Shown in pieces: positions 1 to 7,246 of a stretch of DNA of 18,644 nucleotides. The translations under genes and the position numbers were made by a program. Within the stretch, counting starts at the first letter, position 1. Each line of letters starts with the position of its first letter. The DNA lies in contig CAZEBC010000051.1 in the NCBI GenBank assembly GCA_964510165.1, positions 3,791 through 22,434 on the forward strand. Reading direction: 5' to 3'. The notes below the pieces were generated by a model. The model worked only from the letters and a program-made list of their open reading frames with translations. It had not been told where the DNA came from and made no database searches. This DNA comes from an uncultured bacterium (GTDB lineage: Bacteria > Abyssobacteria > SURF-5).

Positions 1-27
1 GGGGGTTCGGATAAGGGTTTTCAAGTT

Positions 28-49
28 GGTCGAATGAATTCGACCCTAT
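28..49 (-). repeat. REP-like palindrome (GTAG-family-like) downstream of panE
   Basis: Minus strand reads ATAG-GGTCGAAT-TC-ATTCGACC: 8-bp arms (28-35/38-45) preceded by a GTAG-like tetranucleotide, the architecture of GTAG-family REP elements. Confidence 0.5.
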
Positions 50-103
50 GCGGGTTGGACGGGGCGGACCTTTGCTGCTTGAGGGGGAAGGGGCTTGCGA
101 GGG

Positions 104-1057
104 TCATCTCCGAGGGCGGACTTGCAGGTCGTAACTTGATTCGATTGCTCGGACGAGCGAGGCGAGTGTGGAGTTGACGGGAGTCGGCACGCCGAGGTCT
201 TTTCCGATTCTGGCGACGGCGCCATTGATGGCATCGATCTCGGTCCTTCTCCTGGCGAGGACGTCCTGGAGCATGGATGATATATTGGTGGCGGTGCGTC
301 GGCACACTTCCTCGACCTGGCCGAGTGGCGCGGGATTGGTCAGTTTGACACCTTTGGCGCGTGCGACGGCGACCGCCTCGTTCACGGCCTCTCTCATGAT
401 TTCGCGGGTTCCCTCGATTTCCGGAAGTCTGCCATTGTTGAGGCGGGTGATCGCGGTGAGCGCATTGATGCCGATGTTGATGACGAGTTTGCTCCAGATG
501 GTGGCCTCGAGGTCTTCGGAGAGTTCGGGCTCGAATCCGGCCGGCGCGAGAATGTCCCTGACGCGCAGGAGCATGTCTGTCTGTCGGTTCGAGGGTGTGC
601 CGATGATGGTCCTGCCCGTGCCGGCGTGGATTATGGAGCCTTCGCTCACCAGGGTAGCCCCTTGCGAGGTGATTCCGGCGACGGTCCTGTCATCACCGAC
701 GCACTGGCCTATGAGCTCGACGTTTCCCAGGCCGTTCTGGAGGGTGAGCACTGGGGTTGAGGGTCCGATCACGGGCGCCACGCTCATCAAAGCCTTTTCG
801 GTGTCGTACGATTTGGTGGCGATGATAACGAGGTGGGAATCGGGCAGGTCCAAGGGTCGGGCAGTGGCGTTGACGGCGACGTCGCGCGTCCCGGAGACGC
901 CTTCGATATGGATGCCGTCGCGGGCCAACTTTTCGGCGCGCGCGGGGATATGGTCGAGCAGGATGACCTCGTGGCCGGCTTCCTTCAGCATGGCCGCGAA
1001 CAGGCAACCGATTGCGCCCGGGCCTACTATGGTGACTGTGCAGGTGTGTGTGTTCAT
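104..1057 (-). CDS. panE: 2-dehydropantoate 2-reductase (ketopantoate reductase, ApbA/PanE family), 317 aa
   Basis: Rossmann motif IVGPGAIG, ATKSYD, LTLQNGLGN, WSKLVINIGINALTA, SSMLQD and RTEIDAING are all PanE/ApbA family motifs. No clear SD upstream. Confidence 0.93.
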   Translation of the reverse strand: MNTHTCTVTIVGPGAIGCLFAAMLKEAGHEVILLDHIPARAEKLARDGIHIEGVSGTRDVAVNATARPLDLPDSHLVIIATKSYDTEKALMSVAPVIGPSTPVLTLQNGLGNVELIGQCVGDDRTVAGITSQGATLVSEGSIIHAGTGRTIIGTPSNRQTDMLLRVRDILAPAGFEPELSEDLEATIWSKLVINIGINALTAITRLNNGRLPEIEGTREIMREAVNEAVAVARAKGVKLTNPAPLGQVEEVCRRTATNISSMLQDVLARRRTEIDAINGAVARIGKDLGVPTPVNSTLASLVRAIESSYDLQVRPRR

Positions 1058-1066
1058 GGTTTATGG

Positions 1067-1110
1067 GCTGAATTGGGGACACGATGCGGCATGGATGTTT
1101 CCAATTCAGC
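1067..1110. repeat. 44-bp imperfect palindrome (AATTGGGGACA...TGTCCCCAATT-type dispersed repeat, copy 1)
   Basis: GCTGAATTGG-GGACACGATGCGGCATGGATGTTT-CCAATTCAGC with perfect 10-bp outer arms; homologous to 5142-5181. Confidence 0.75.
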
Positions 1111-1116
1111 GCGGGG

Positions 1117-2136
1117 CTAAACCTCTATCTCTCTCAGGAATTTGGCGGCCTCCTCGGGGATGGTCGGGTTGATGAAGAAACCGGTGCCCCACTCAAACCC
1201 CGCGACCAGTGTGAGTCTCGGCATGATCTCGAAATGCCAGTGATAGTCAACGTCGAGAGTTACCCAGTACCCCATTCTCGCCCATCGGACCGGCCCGGTA
1301 TGCAGGATGAAATTGTACTGGGGCTGGTTGAGGGCGGTGGCCAGCTTTTTCATGACGACGATGAACACATCGCTTAACTGCATCATCTCGTCGTATTCCA
1401 TGTCCTGGAAATCGGGGTTATGGCGTTTGGGCAGAATCCAAATCTCGAAGGGGAATCGCGAGGCAAAGGGGCAAAAGCTGATGAAACCCTTGTTTTCGTA
1501 TATGATTCTCGCCTGTTGGGAGATTTCCTCTCGGATGATGTCGCAGAATACGCAGCGGTCCTTGTAATTGAAGTAGTCCTTCGCGCCCAGGAGCTCTTCT
1601 CTGACCCGCTTCGGGGTTACGGGAGTGGCTATGAGCTGCGAATGCGGATGGCTGAGCGAGGCGCCCGCCTCACGCCCTTCATTCTTGAAAATGAGGATAT
1701 ACTTGAACCTGCGGTCTTGGCTGAGGTCAATGATCCTGGCCTTATATGCCTGAAACACCTTTGTCAGGCTGTCGGAGGTGTGCATGTTCCACTTCTTGAC
1801 ATGGTCGGGCGTCTCGATAATCACTTCATGCGCGCCGATGCCGTTCATTTTGTCATACATGCCCACGCCGGCCTTGCCCATCTCGCCTTCGATGCGAAGC
1901 GCGGGGAACTTGTTGGGGACAACGCGAACCTGCCAGCCGGGCCGGTTGGCCATCTGATGGTCTCCGCGAAGGGCGAACACCTCGGGAGGGGTCTTGTCCT
2001 CATGGCCTTCACAGAAGGGGCAAAAGCCGGTGTCATCCATAACGGACGCGACACGGAAATCGGTTGGCCGTTTGGCCCGTTCAGTTGCGATGATCACCCA
2101 GCGTCCGACCACCGGGTCCTTCCTTAATTCGGGCAT
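1117..2136 (-). CDS. galT: GalT-family (HIT superfamily) hexose-1-phosphate nucleotidyltransferase, 339 aa
   Basis: ELRKDP...WVIIATERAKRP, Zn motif CPFCEG, VPNKFPAL, GAHEVIIE, catalytic AGASLSHPHSQ (HxHxQ), CVFCD, AGFEWGTG. SD AGGAG upstream of ATG. Confidence 0.9.
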   Translation of the reverse strand: MPELRKDPVVGRWVIIATERAKRPTDFRVASVMDDTGFCPFCEGHEDKTPPEVFALRGDHQMANRPGWQVRVVPNKFPALRIEGEMGKAGVGMYDKMNGIGAHEVIIETPDHVKKWNMHTSDSLTKVFQAYKARIIDLSQDRRFKYILIFKNEGREAGASLSHPHSQLIATPVTPKRVREELLGAKDYFNYKDRCVFCDIIREEISQQARIIYENKGFISFCPFASRFPFEIWILPKRHNPDFQDMEYDEMMQLSDVFIVVMKKLATALNQPQYNFILHTGPVRWARMGYWVTLDVDYHWHFEIMPRLTLVAGFEWGTGFFINPTIPEEAAKFLREIEV

Positions 2137-2170
2137 TCTTTGATTCTCCTACGTCAGATGTTCGGTCAAC

Positions 2171-2198
2171 TGAGGGCAGGCGCGGGGGCCTGCCCTCA
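2171..2198. repeat. Perfect 11-bp-arm hairpin, REP-like, between glgA and galT
   Basis: TGAGGGCAGGC-GCGGGG-GCCTGCCCTCA. No U-tract on the minus strand, so not a classical terminator for the operon. Confidence 0.7.
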
Positions 2199-2227
2199 CA
2201 ATTACAATTACAGGACAATCTCGTGAT

Positions 2228-3703
2228 TCAGACAATCACGCGCTCGCTTCTCAGAGAGACGGCTTTTTGGTAAAGGTCCTCGTACTTTTTGGCGGAGGCG
2301 TCCCAGGAGAAGTCGCAGGCCATGCCGTTGCGGATTATGCGGTTCCATTCCGTTTTGTTCTGATAATATTGACGGGCCTGCCGAAGCTTGTCAAGCAACG
2401 CCGCCGAGGAATATTCGGCAAACTTGAATCCGTTGCCGTTGGACGGCGAAGCCGGATAGTCCACGATGGTGTCATCGAGTCCGCCGGTGGCGCGCACGAG
2501 CGGCACGGTTCCGTATTTGAGGCTGTACATTTGATTTAATCCGCATGGCTCATAATGGGAAGGCATGAGAAAAATGTCTGCACCGGCCTCGATCTTATGG
2601 GCCAATTCATTTGAGAAGGCAAGCTTTATGCCAATTTTCTTTGGAAACCGGGCTGCGAGCCGAGTGAACGCCTCCTGGTATTTCTCCTCGCCGGTTCCCA
2701 GCAGCACAAGCTGGTAATCCTCGGCGAGAATTTCGTCCATGACGGGGGTCAGTATATCGAATCCCTTCTGGTCGGTCAGCCGCGAGACCACCCCGAGCAA
2801 CGGCCTGTCGTCGAGAGGCGAGAGGCCGAACTGCTCCAGCAGGTCGCGCTTGCACGTCCGCTTGCCCGACAGGTCGTCCGGCCCATAATTGGCCGCCAGA
2901 AAACTGTCGGTCTGCGGGTTCCACTCGCTGTAATCCACGCCGTTGAGCACGCCGAAGAGGCGTCCCGAGCGTTTGCTCAATATCCCGTCGAGGCCGCGGC
3001 CGAATTCGGGTGTCTGAATTTCCTTGGCGTAGCGCGGGCTGACCGTTGTGAGGATATCGGCGCCGACGATACCCGCCTTGAGCAGGTTGATCTTGCCGAA
3101 GAATTCGATGCCCTCGGGCACGAACAGGTCCCACGGGAGATTCGTCAGATGCATGTCGAGATGCCAGAAGAGACCCTGATACCCGATGTTGTGGATGGTG
3201 AACAGCGTTGCCGTATTTTCGAAGACAGGCTGGCCCTTCTGGAGCGTTTTCAGGTAAATGGGGATCAGTCCGGTCTGCCAGTCGTTGCAGTGGATAACGT
3301 CGGGCCTGATGTTGAGAACCTTGCATGCCTGCAGAACCGCCTTCGAGAAGAAGATGAACCGTTCGGCGTTGTCGGGATAATCGCTCTGGGGGGTGGCGTA
3401 GAGTTGATCGCGGTCGTAATACGCCTCCTTGCTTATGAAATAGACGGTCGCCTTGCCGTCAAGCGTGGCGTGGAAAATCTCGCCATACTCTTCGCGTTCC
3501 GATACGGGGACGGAGAAGACACAATCCATGTCTTGGATATCGAACAAGGCTTGCTTCTCCCTGGTCGACTTATAGAACGGAACAATTGCGTACACCTCGT
3601 GTCCGCGTTCGCCCAAGGCTTTTGCGAGCGCTCCCACCACATCGGCGAGACCGCCGGTCTTCGAATATGGAACCATCTCGCTCGCTGCAAGCACTATTCT
3701 CAT
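2228..3703 (-). CDS. glgA: Glycogen synthase (GT5), 491 aa
   Basis: KTGGLADV ADP-glucose-binding motif, HCNDWQTGL, FTIHNIGYQG, SRLTDQKG, PSHYEPCGLNQMYSLKYGT, TGGLDDT. Start overlaps the glgC stop (ATGA, 3700-3703). Confidence 0.97.
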   Translation of the reverse strand: MRIVLAASEMVPYSKTGGLADVVGALAKALGERGHEVYAIVPFYKSTREKQALFDIQDMDCVFSVPVSEREEYGEIFHATLDGKATVYFISKEAYYDRDQLYATPQSDYPDNAERFIFFSKAVLQACKVLNIRPDVIHCNDWQTGLIPIYLKTLQKGQPVFENTATLFTIHNIGYQGLFWHLDMHLTNLPWDLFVPEGIEFFGKINLLKAGIVGADILTTVSPRYAKEIQTPEFGRGLDGILSKRSGRLFGVLNGVDYSEWNPQTDSFLAANYGPDDLSGKRTCKRDLLEQFGLSPLDDRPLLGVVSRLTDQKGFDILTPVMDEILAEDYQLVLLGTGEEKYQEAFTRLAARFPKKIGIKLAFSNELAHKIEAGADIFLMPSHYEPCGLNQMYSLKYGTVPLVRATGGLDDTIVDYPASPSNGNGFKFAEYSSAALLDKLRQARQYYQNKTEWNRIIRNGMACDFSWDASAKKYEDLYQKAVSLRSERVIV

Positions 3704-4971
3704 GACGCTACCTTTCCGCCCCTCTCCATCCCGGGCATCCAGACCCTGAGCGGAGGCGGCTTGATATCCGTCCCCTTTGCGATGACGACGATTCCGGAGT
3801 CGGTCACAGTGAAGGTTTTTCGGTCCTTGTCGAGGTCAAAGCCGATCTCCGTGCGCGGGGGGATCTTGACGTACTTGTCAATAATGGCATTTCGAATGCG
3901 GCAATAGCGGCCCACATCGACCTCGTCGAACAGGATGGAGTCCTGCACGAGTGCAAAGCTGTTGATGCGAACGCGTGGCGAAAGGATGGAGCGGACAGCG
4001 CGGCCGCCGCTCACGATGCAGCCGCCGGAGACAATGGAATCGAGCGCGACGCCCATTCGCCCGCCCTCATATTCCTGCGCGAAGACGAACTTTGCGGGCG
4101 GGTTTTGAGTCTGATAGGTGCGTATTGGCCAGTCCGGGTCGTAGAGATTAAAGACGGGGCTGACCGAGACGAGGTCCATGTTTGCCTCGTAATAGGCCTC
4201 GATGGTGCCGACATCTTTCCAGTAACTGGCTTCCTTCTTGTTTTCGTCAATGAAGTTGTAGGCGTATACCTTATAGGAACCGAGCATCATCGGGATTACG
4301 TCGTGCCCGAAATCGCAGCGCCTCTCCTCGGGCGAGCCGGACAGCACGCCGACCATGACATCCTTGTTGAATATGTAGACGCCCATCGAGCCGAAGCACA
4401 TATTGGAACGGCCGGGAATCGTCGTGGGAACGGCGGGTTTTTCCTGGAAACCCATCACGCGGTCCTGCTCGTCCACCTGCAGAATGCCGAAGCGCGAGGC
4501 CTCCTCCCGGGGAATCTCCAGGGCGGCGACAGTCATGTCGGCCCCCTTTTCCTCGTGGAAACGGAGCATCTTGGAGTAGTCCATCTTGTAAACATGGTCA
4601 CCCGAGAGGATTATGACATGCCTGATCGGGCCGTGGTCGAGCAAATGCAAGTTCTGGTACACGGCGTCGGCGGTTCCAAGATACCAGTCCTTTCCGATTC
4701 TCTGCTGTGCCGGTATCAGCTCGATGAATTCTCCGAATTCATGGTGAAAGATGCTCCAACCGTTTCTGACGTGGCGGTTGAGCGAATCGGATTTGTATTG
4801 GGTGAGGATGTAGATGCGGCGAAGGCCCGAATTGACGCTGTTGCTCAGAGTGAAGTCTATGAGCCTGTAGATACCGCCGAAAGGAACCGCCGGTTTCGCG
4901 CGCTCGATTGTCAAGGGATGCAGGCGTTCACCCTTGCCTCCCACGAGCACCATCGCCAAGACGTGCCGCAT
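3700..4971 (-). CDS. glgC: Glucose-1-phosphate adenylyltransferase (ADP-glucose pyrophosphorylase)
   Basis: GGKGERLHPLT..RAKPAVPFGGIYRLIDF, TQYKSDSLNRH, WYLGTADAVYQN, LSGDHVYKMDY, EKP, YWKDVGT, C-terminal beta-helix. ATG 4971 chosen because AGGTGGT lies just upstream; GTG 4983 is the alternative. Confidence 0.96.
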   Translation of the reverse strand: MRHVLAMVLVGGKGERLHPLTIERAKPAVPFGGIYRLIDFTLSNSVNSGLRRIYILTQYKSDSLNRHVRNGWSIFHHEFGEFIELIPAQQRIGKDWYLGTADAVYQNLHLLDHGPIRHVIILSGDHVYKMDYSKMLRFHEEKGADMTVAALEIPREEASRFGILQVDEQDRVMGFQEKPAVPTTIPGRSNMCFGSMGVYIFNKDVMVGVLSGSPEERRCDFGHDVIPMMLGSYKVYAYNFIDENKKEASYWKDVGTIEAYYEANMDLVSVSPVFNLYDPDWPIRTYQTQNPPAKFVFAQEYEGGRMGVALDSIVSGGCIVSGGRAVRSILSPRVRINSFALVQDSILFDEVDVGRYCRIRNAIIDKYVKIPPRTEIGFDLDKDRKTFTVTDSGIVVIAKGTDIKPPPLRVWMPGMERGGKVAS

Positions 4972-5079
4972 ATGGTTCACCACCTTTTCGAGGTCTTATC
5001 CCGGGAACGAATGACAGGTCACAAGGTTGGCACACGAAACGATGAACCCCCGCGCCCCATGATCGCTCCATCTTAACCA

Positions 5080-5108
5080 ATTCTAACAGGATGATTCGGT
5101 TTAGTCAA
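5080..5108 (-). promoter_or_regulatory. Sigma70-type promoter for glgC-glgA-galT-panE
   Basis: Minus strand TTGACT (5108-5103), 17-bp spacer ending in TGT (extended -10), TAGAAT (5085-5080). Confidence 0.7.
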
Positions 5109-5141
5109 CGAGCGCCGACACGAACGCCGCCGCGAGCGAAC

Positions 5142-5181
5142 GTTAAATTGGTGACACGATGCATCATGTCCCCAATTTAGC
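5142..5181. repeat. 40-bp imperfect palindrome (dispersed repeat copy 2) between divergent promoters
   Basis: GTTAAATTGGTGACACGATGCATCATGTCCCCAATTTAGC shares AATTGGnGACACGATGC...ATGTnnCCAATT with 1067-1110. A further half copy, TGGATGTCCCCTTTAG, lies at 5192-5207. Confidence 0.75.
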
Positions 5182-5236
5182 TGAGGAATCGTGGATGTCC
5201 CCTTTAGGAGCCCGCCGTGCAAGTCCGGGAAATCCC

Positions 5237-5265
5237 TTGACATAGCGGCCAGGTTCTAATAGAAT
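5237..5265 (+). promoter_or_regulatory. Sigma70-type promoter for the YeiH-family transporter unit
   Basis: TTGACA (5237-5242), 17-bp spacer, TAGAAT (5260-5265). Confidence 0.75.
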
Positions 5266-5513
5266 TTAGACATAATGAGAGCGTCGGAGTTGATGCTCCA
5301 GCGCGGGCTCCGTGTACACCCCGTAGAGACGCAGGGGCCATATGGCCGACTTTGAGCAGGCGAATTTCCGCTTCATACCGTTTCCGAGAAGTCTCCTGTC
5401 AGCAGTTTCCTTGAAAATCCCTGAACACTCTCGCGGGGCTTTTGGGAAGTCTCCGCGCGTGCGTGGCGGCGGGTTCTGCGCATGGGCGTCTGGATTTCGA
5501 GGAGGAGATCGAG

Positions 5514-6968
5514 ATGGCTAAGGACGAAAGGGCGTCATTCAACACTGAGGACTGGTGGTCGGTCTGGCTTGGGCTGTTCATCGTTTTCCTCGGCTTGGGG
5601 AAGACGGCGCTTGGGGTGGACGTGCTGGGGTGGGTCACGAAGGTGAACGTCTTCGCCGCTCTTTCGAAGGCGTTGAGCACGAGTTCGCCGGAGTACGGCT
5701 CTGTTCCGGCGATTGCGTCGCTCCTTCTCACCTATGTGTTCGTGACGGCGGTCACGGCGGTGGGGGCGGCGTGTCTGGGGACGAAACTGAAGAGATACGT
5801 GCTCGGATTTAGCATCATATTCTGGCTCACGTATGTTTGCTGGCTGGCCGGACATTGGGCGTATATCGCGGCGACGCCGGACATACGCGAGGCGAAGTAC
5901 GGCATCTCCTGGTCGTTGAGCCTTACGGGCGAGGCGGGCTATATCATTGCGCTCGTCGCGGGCCTGGTCGTCGGCAACGTGTTTACCGGCCTGGCAAAGT
6001 ATCTGAAGGATGCGGCGAAGCCGGAGTGGTTCATCAAGACGGCCATAGTCATTCTCGGCGCGTCGGTCGGCCTGAAGACGTTTCACTCGTTCGGACTTGC
6101 AAAGACGATATTTTTCCGCGGGTTGTGCGCGATCATCGAGGCGTACCTTATCTATTGGCCCGTGGTCTATTTCATTGCCAGGCGGTGGTTCAAGTTCACG
6201 CCCGAATGGGCCGCCCCGCTTGCGTCGGGCATCTCGATCTGCGGGGTTTCGGCGGCGATAGCGACGGGAGGCGCGATACGGGCGCGTCCGATCGTGCCGG
6301 TGATCGTTTCGTCGCTGGTCATTGTGTTTGCGGTAATTGAACTCGTGATAATTCCGTTCGCGGCGCAGGCGTGGCTGTATAAGGAGCCAATGGTGGCGGG
6401 GGCGTGGATGGGGCTGGCCATCAAGACCGACGGCGCGGCGGCGGCGAGCGGGGCGGTCACCGATGCGCTGATTCGCGCCAAGGCGCTGAGCGTGCAGGGG
6501 ATAGAGTACGAGAAAGATTGGATATTGACCGCGGGCGTGACCACCAAGATATTCATTGACATATTCATCGGGATTTGGGCGTTCGTGCTGGCGATAGTGT
6601 GGGTGTATGGAATGGAGAAGAAGGAAGGCGTCAAGGTGCCGAAGATCGAGATATGGTATCGGTTCCCCAAGTTTGTCATCGGGTACTTTTTCGCGTTCCT
6701 GCTCGTTTCCGCGATAGGGCTTTCGACGCCTTCGCTCGTCTCGCCCCTGAAGGCGGGAGTTACCGGCACGGACAGCCTGCGCCAGCTTTTCTTTGCGCTG
6801 ACCTTCTTTTCCATCGGTGTGATCTCGAACTTTGCGACCTTGAGGAAGGAAGGGATGGGCAAACTCGCGCTCGTGTATCTGCTGTGCCTGTTTGGGTTCA
6901 TCATATGGGTCGGGCTGTTCATATCGTTCCTGTTCTTCCACGGCATCCTGCCGCCCGTGGTTCAATAG
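5514..6968 (+). CDS. YeiH / putative sulfate exporter (PSE) family membrane protein, 484 aa
   Basis: Many hydrophobic helices; N-terminal EDWWSVWLG, EWFIKTAIVILGA, GISICGVSAAIA, WMGLAIKTDG, WYRFPKFVIG typical of the long YeiH-like subfamily. Strong SD GAGGAGG before ATG 5514; the ORF-track start at 5442 looks too long. Confidence 0.85.
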   Translation: MAKDERASFNTEDWWSVWLGLFIVFLGLGKTALGVDVLGWVTKVNVFAALSKALSTSSPEYGSVPAIASLLLTYVFVTAVTAVGAACLGTKLKRYVLGFSIIFWLTYVCWLAGHWAYIAATPDIREAKYGISWSLSLTGEAGYIIALVAGLVVGNVFTGLAKYLKDAAKPEWFIKTAIVILGASVGLKTFHSFGLAKTIFFRGLCAIIEAYLIYWPVVYFIARRWFKFTPEWAAPLASGISICGVSAAIATGGAIRARPIVPVIVSSLVIVFAVIELVIIPFAAQAWLYKEPMVAGAWMGLAIKTDGAAAASGAVTDALIRAKALSVQGIEYEKDWILTAGVTTKIFIDIFIGIWAFVLAIVWVYGMEKKEGVKVPKIEIWYRFPKFVIGYFFAFLLVSAIGLSTPSLVSPLKAGVTGTDSLRQLFFALTFFSIGVISNFATLRKEGMGKLALVYLLCLFGFIIWVGLFISFLFFHGILPPVVQ

Positions 6969-6986
6969 GCGGAGGGAGAATTCGAC

Positions 6987-7160
6987 ATGAGCAAGGTTGA
7001 AGAAAGAACTGCCGCGGACGAGGCAAAGATAGTCAAGGAGATGGAGCAAGGGGCCGAACCCTTATCGCCAACCGAGAAGAAGCTGATCGGCTACAGCCTG
7101 CTCATCGGGTTCGTGCTCCTCATCCTGCTTGTGCTCGTCACCGGCGCATACAAGTTCTGA
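6987..7160 (+). CDS. Small single-pass membrane protein, 57 aa (not in ORF track)
   Basis: Translated by hand: MSKVEERTAADEAKIVKEMEQGAEPLSPTEKKLIGYSLLIGFVLLILLVLVTGAYKF*. SD GGAGG at 6971-6975; starts 18 bp after the YeiH stop; charged N-terminus plus one TM helix. Confidence 0.8.
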   Translation: MSKVEERTAADEAKIVKEMEQGAEPLSPTEKKLIGYSLLIGFVLLILLVLVTGAYKF

Positions 7161-7246
7161 AGTCATGCTCCAGAGGCAGGAGTTCTGCCCGATAGCAGTG
7201 TCCCGCCCAATTGTTGCGTTTGTCGATTGGCTTGTCTTGAGACCGA

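Noticed and set aside
168..1172. 334-aa plus-strand ORF
   Set aside because: Antisense shadow of panE with no recognisable motifs; such shadows are common in GC-rich DNA.
2171..2198. Intrinsic terminator between glgA and galT
   Set aside because: Strong stem but no U-tract on the transcribed minus strand; kept as a REP-like hairpin instead.
5272..5460. 6S RNA-like short words (TTCATACC, CCGAGAAG, CCTTGAA) in the YeiH leader
   Set aside because: I could not build the long irregular hairpin with a central bubble by eye, and the usual zapA/ygfA context is absent; an Rfam scan would be needed.
5535..7049. 504-aa minus-strand ORF
   Set aside because: Antisense to the YeiH gene; Arg/His/Asp-rich composition typical of the reverse frame of a hydrophobic protein.
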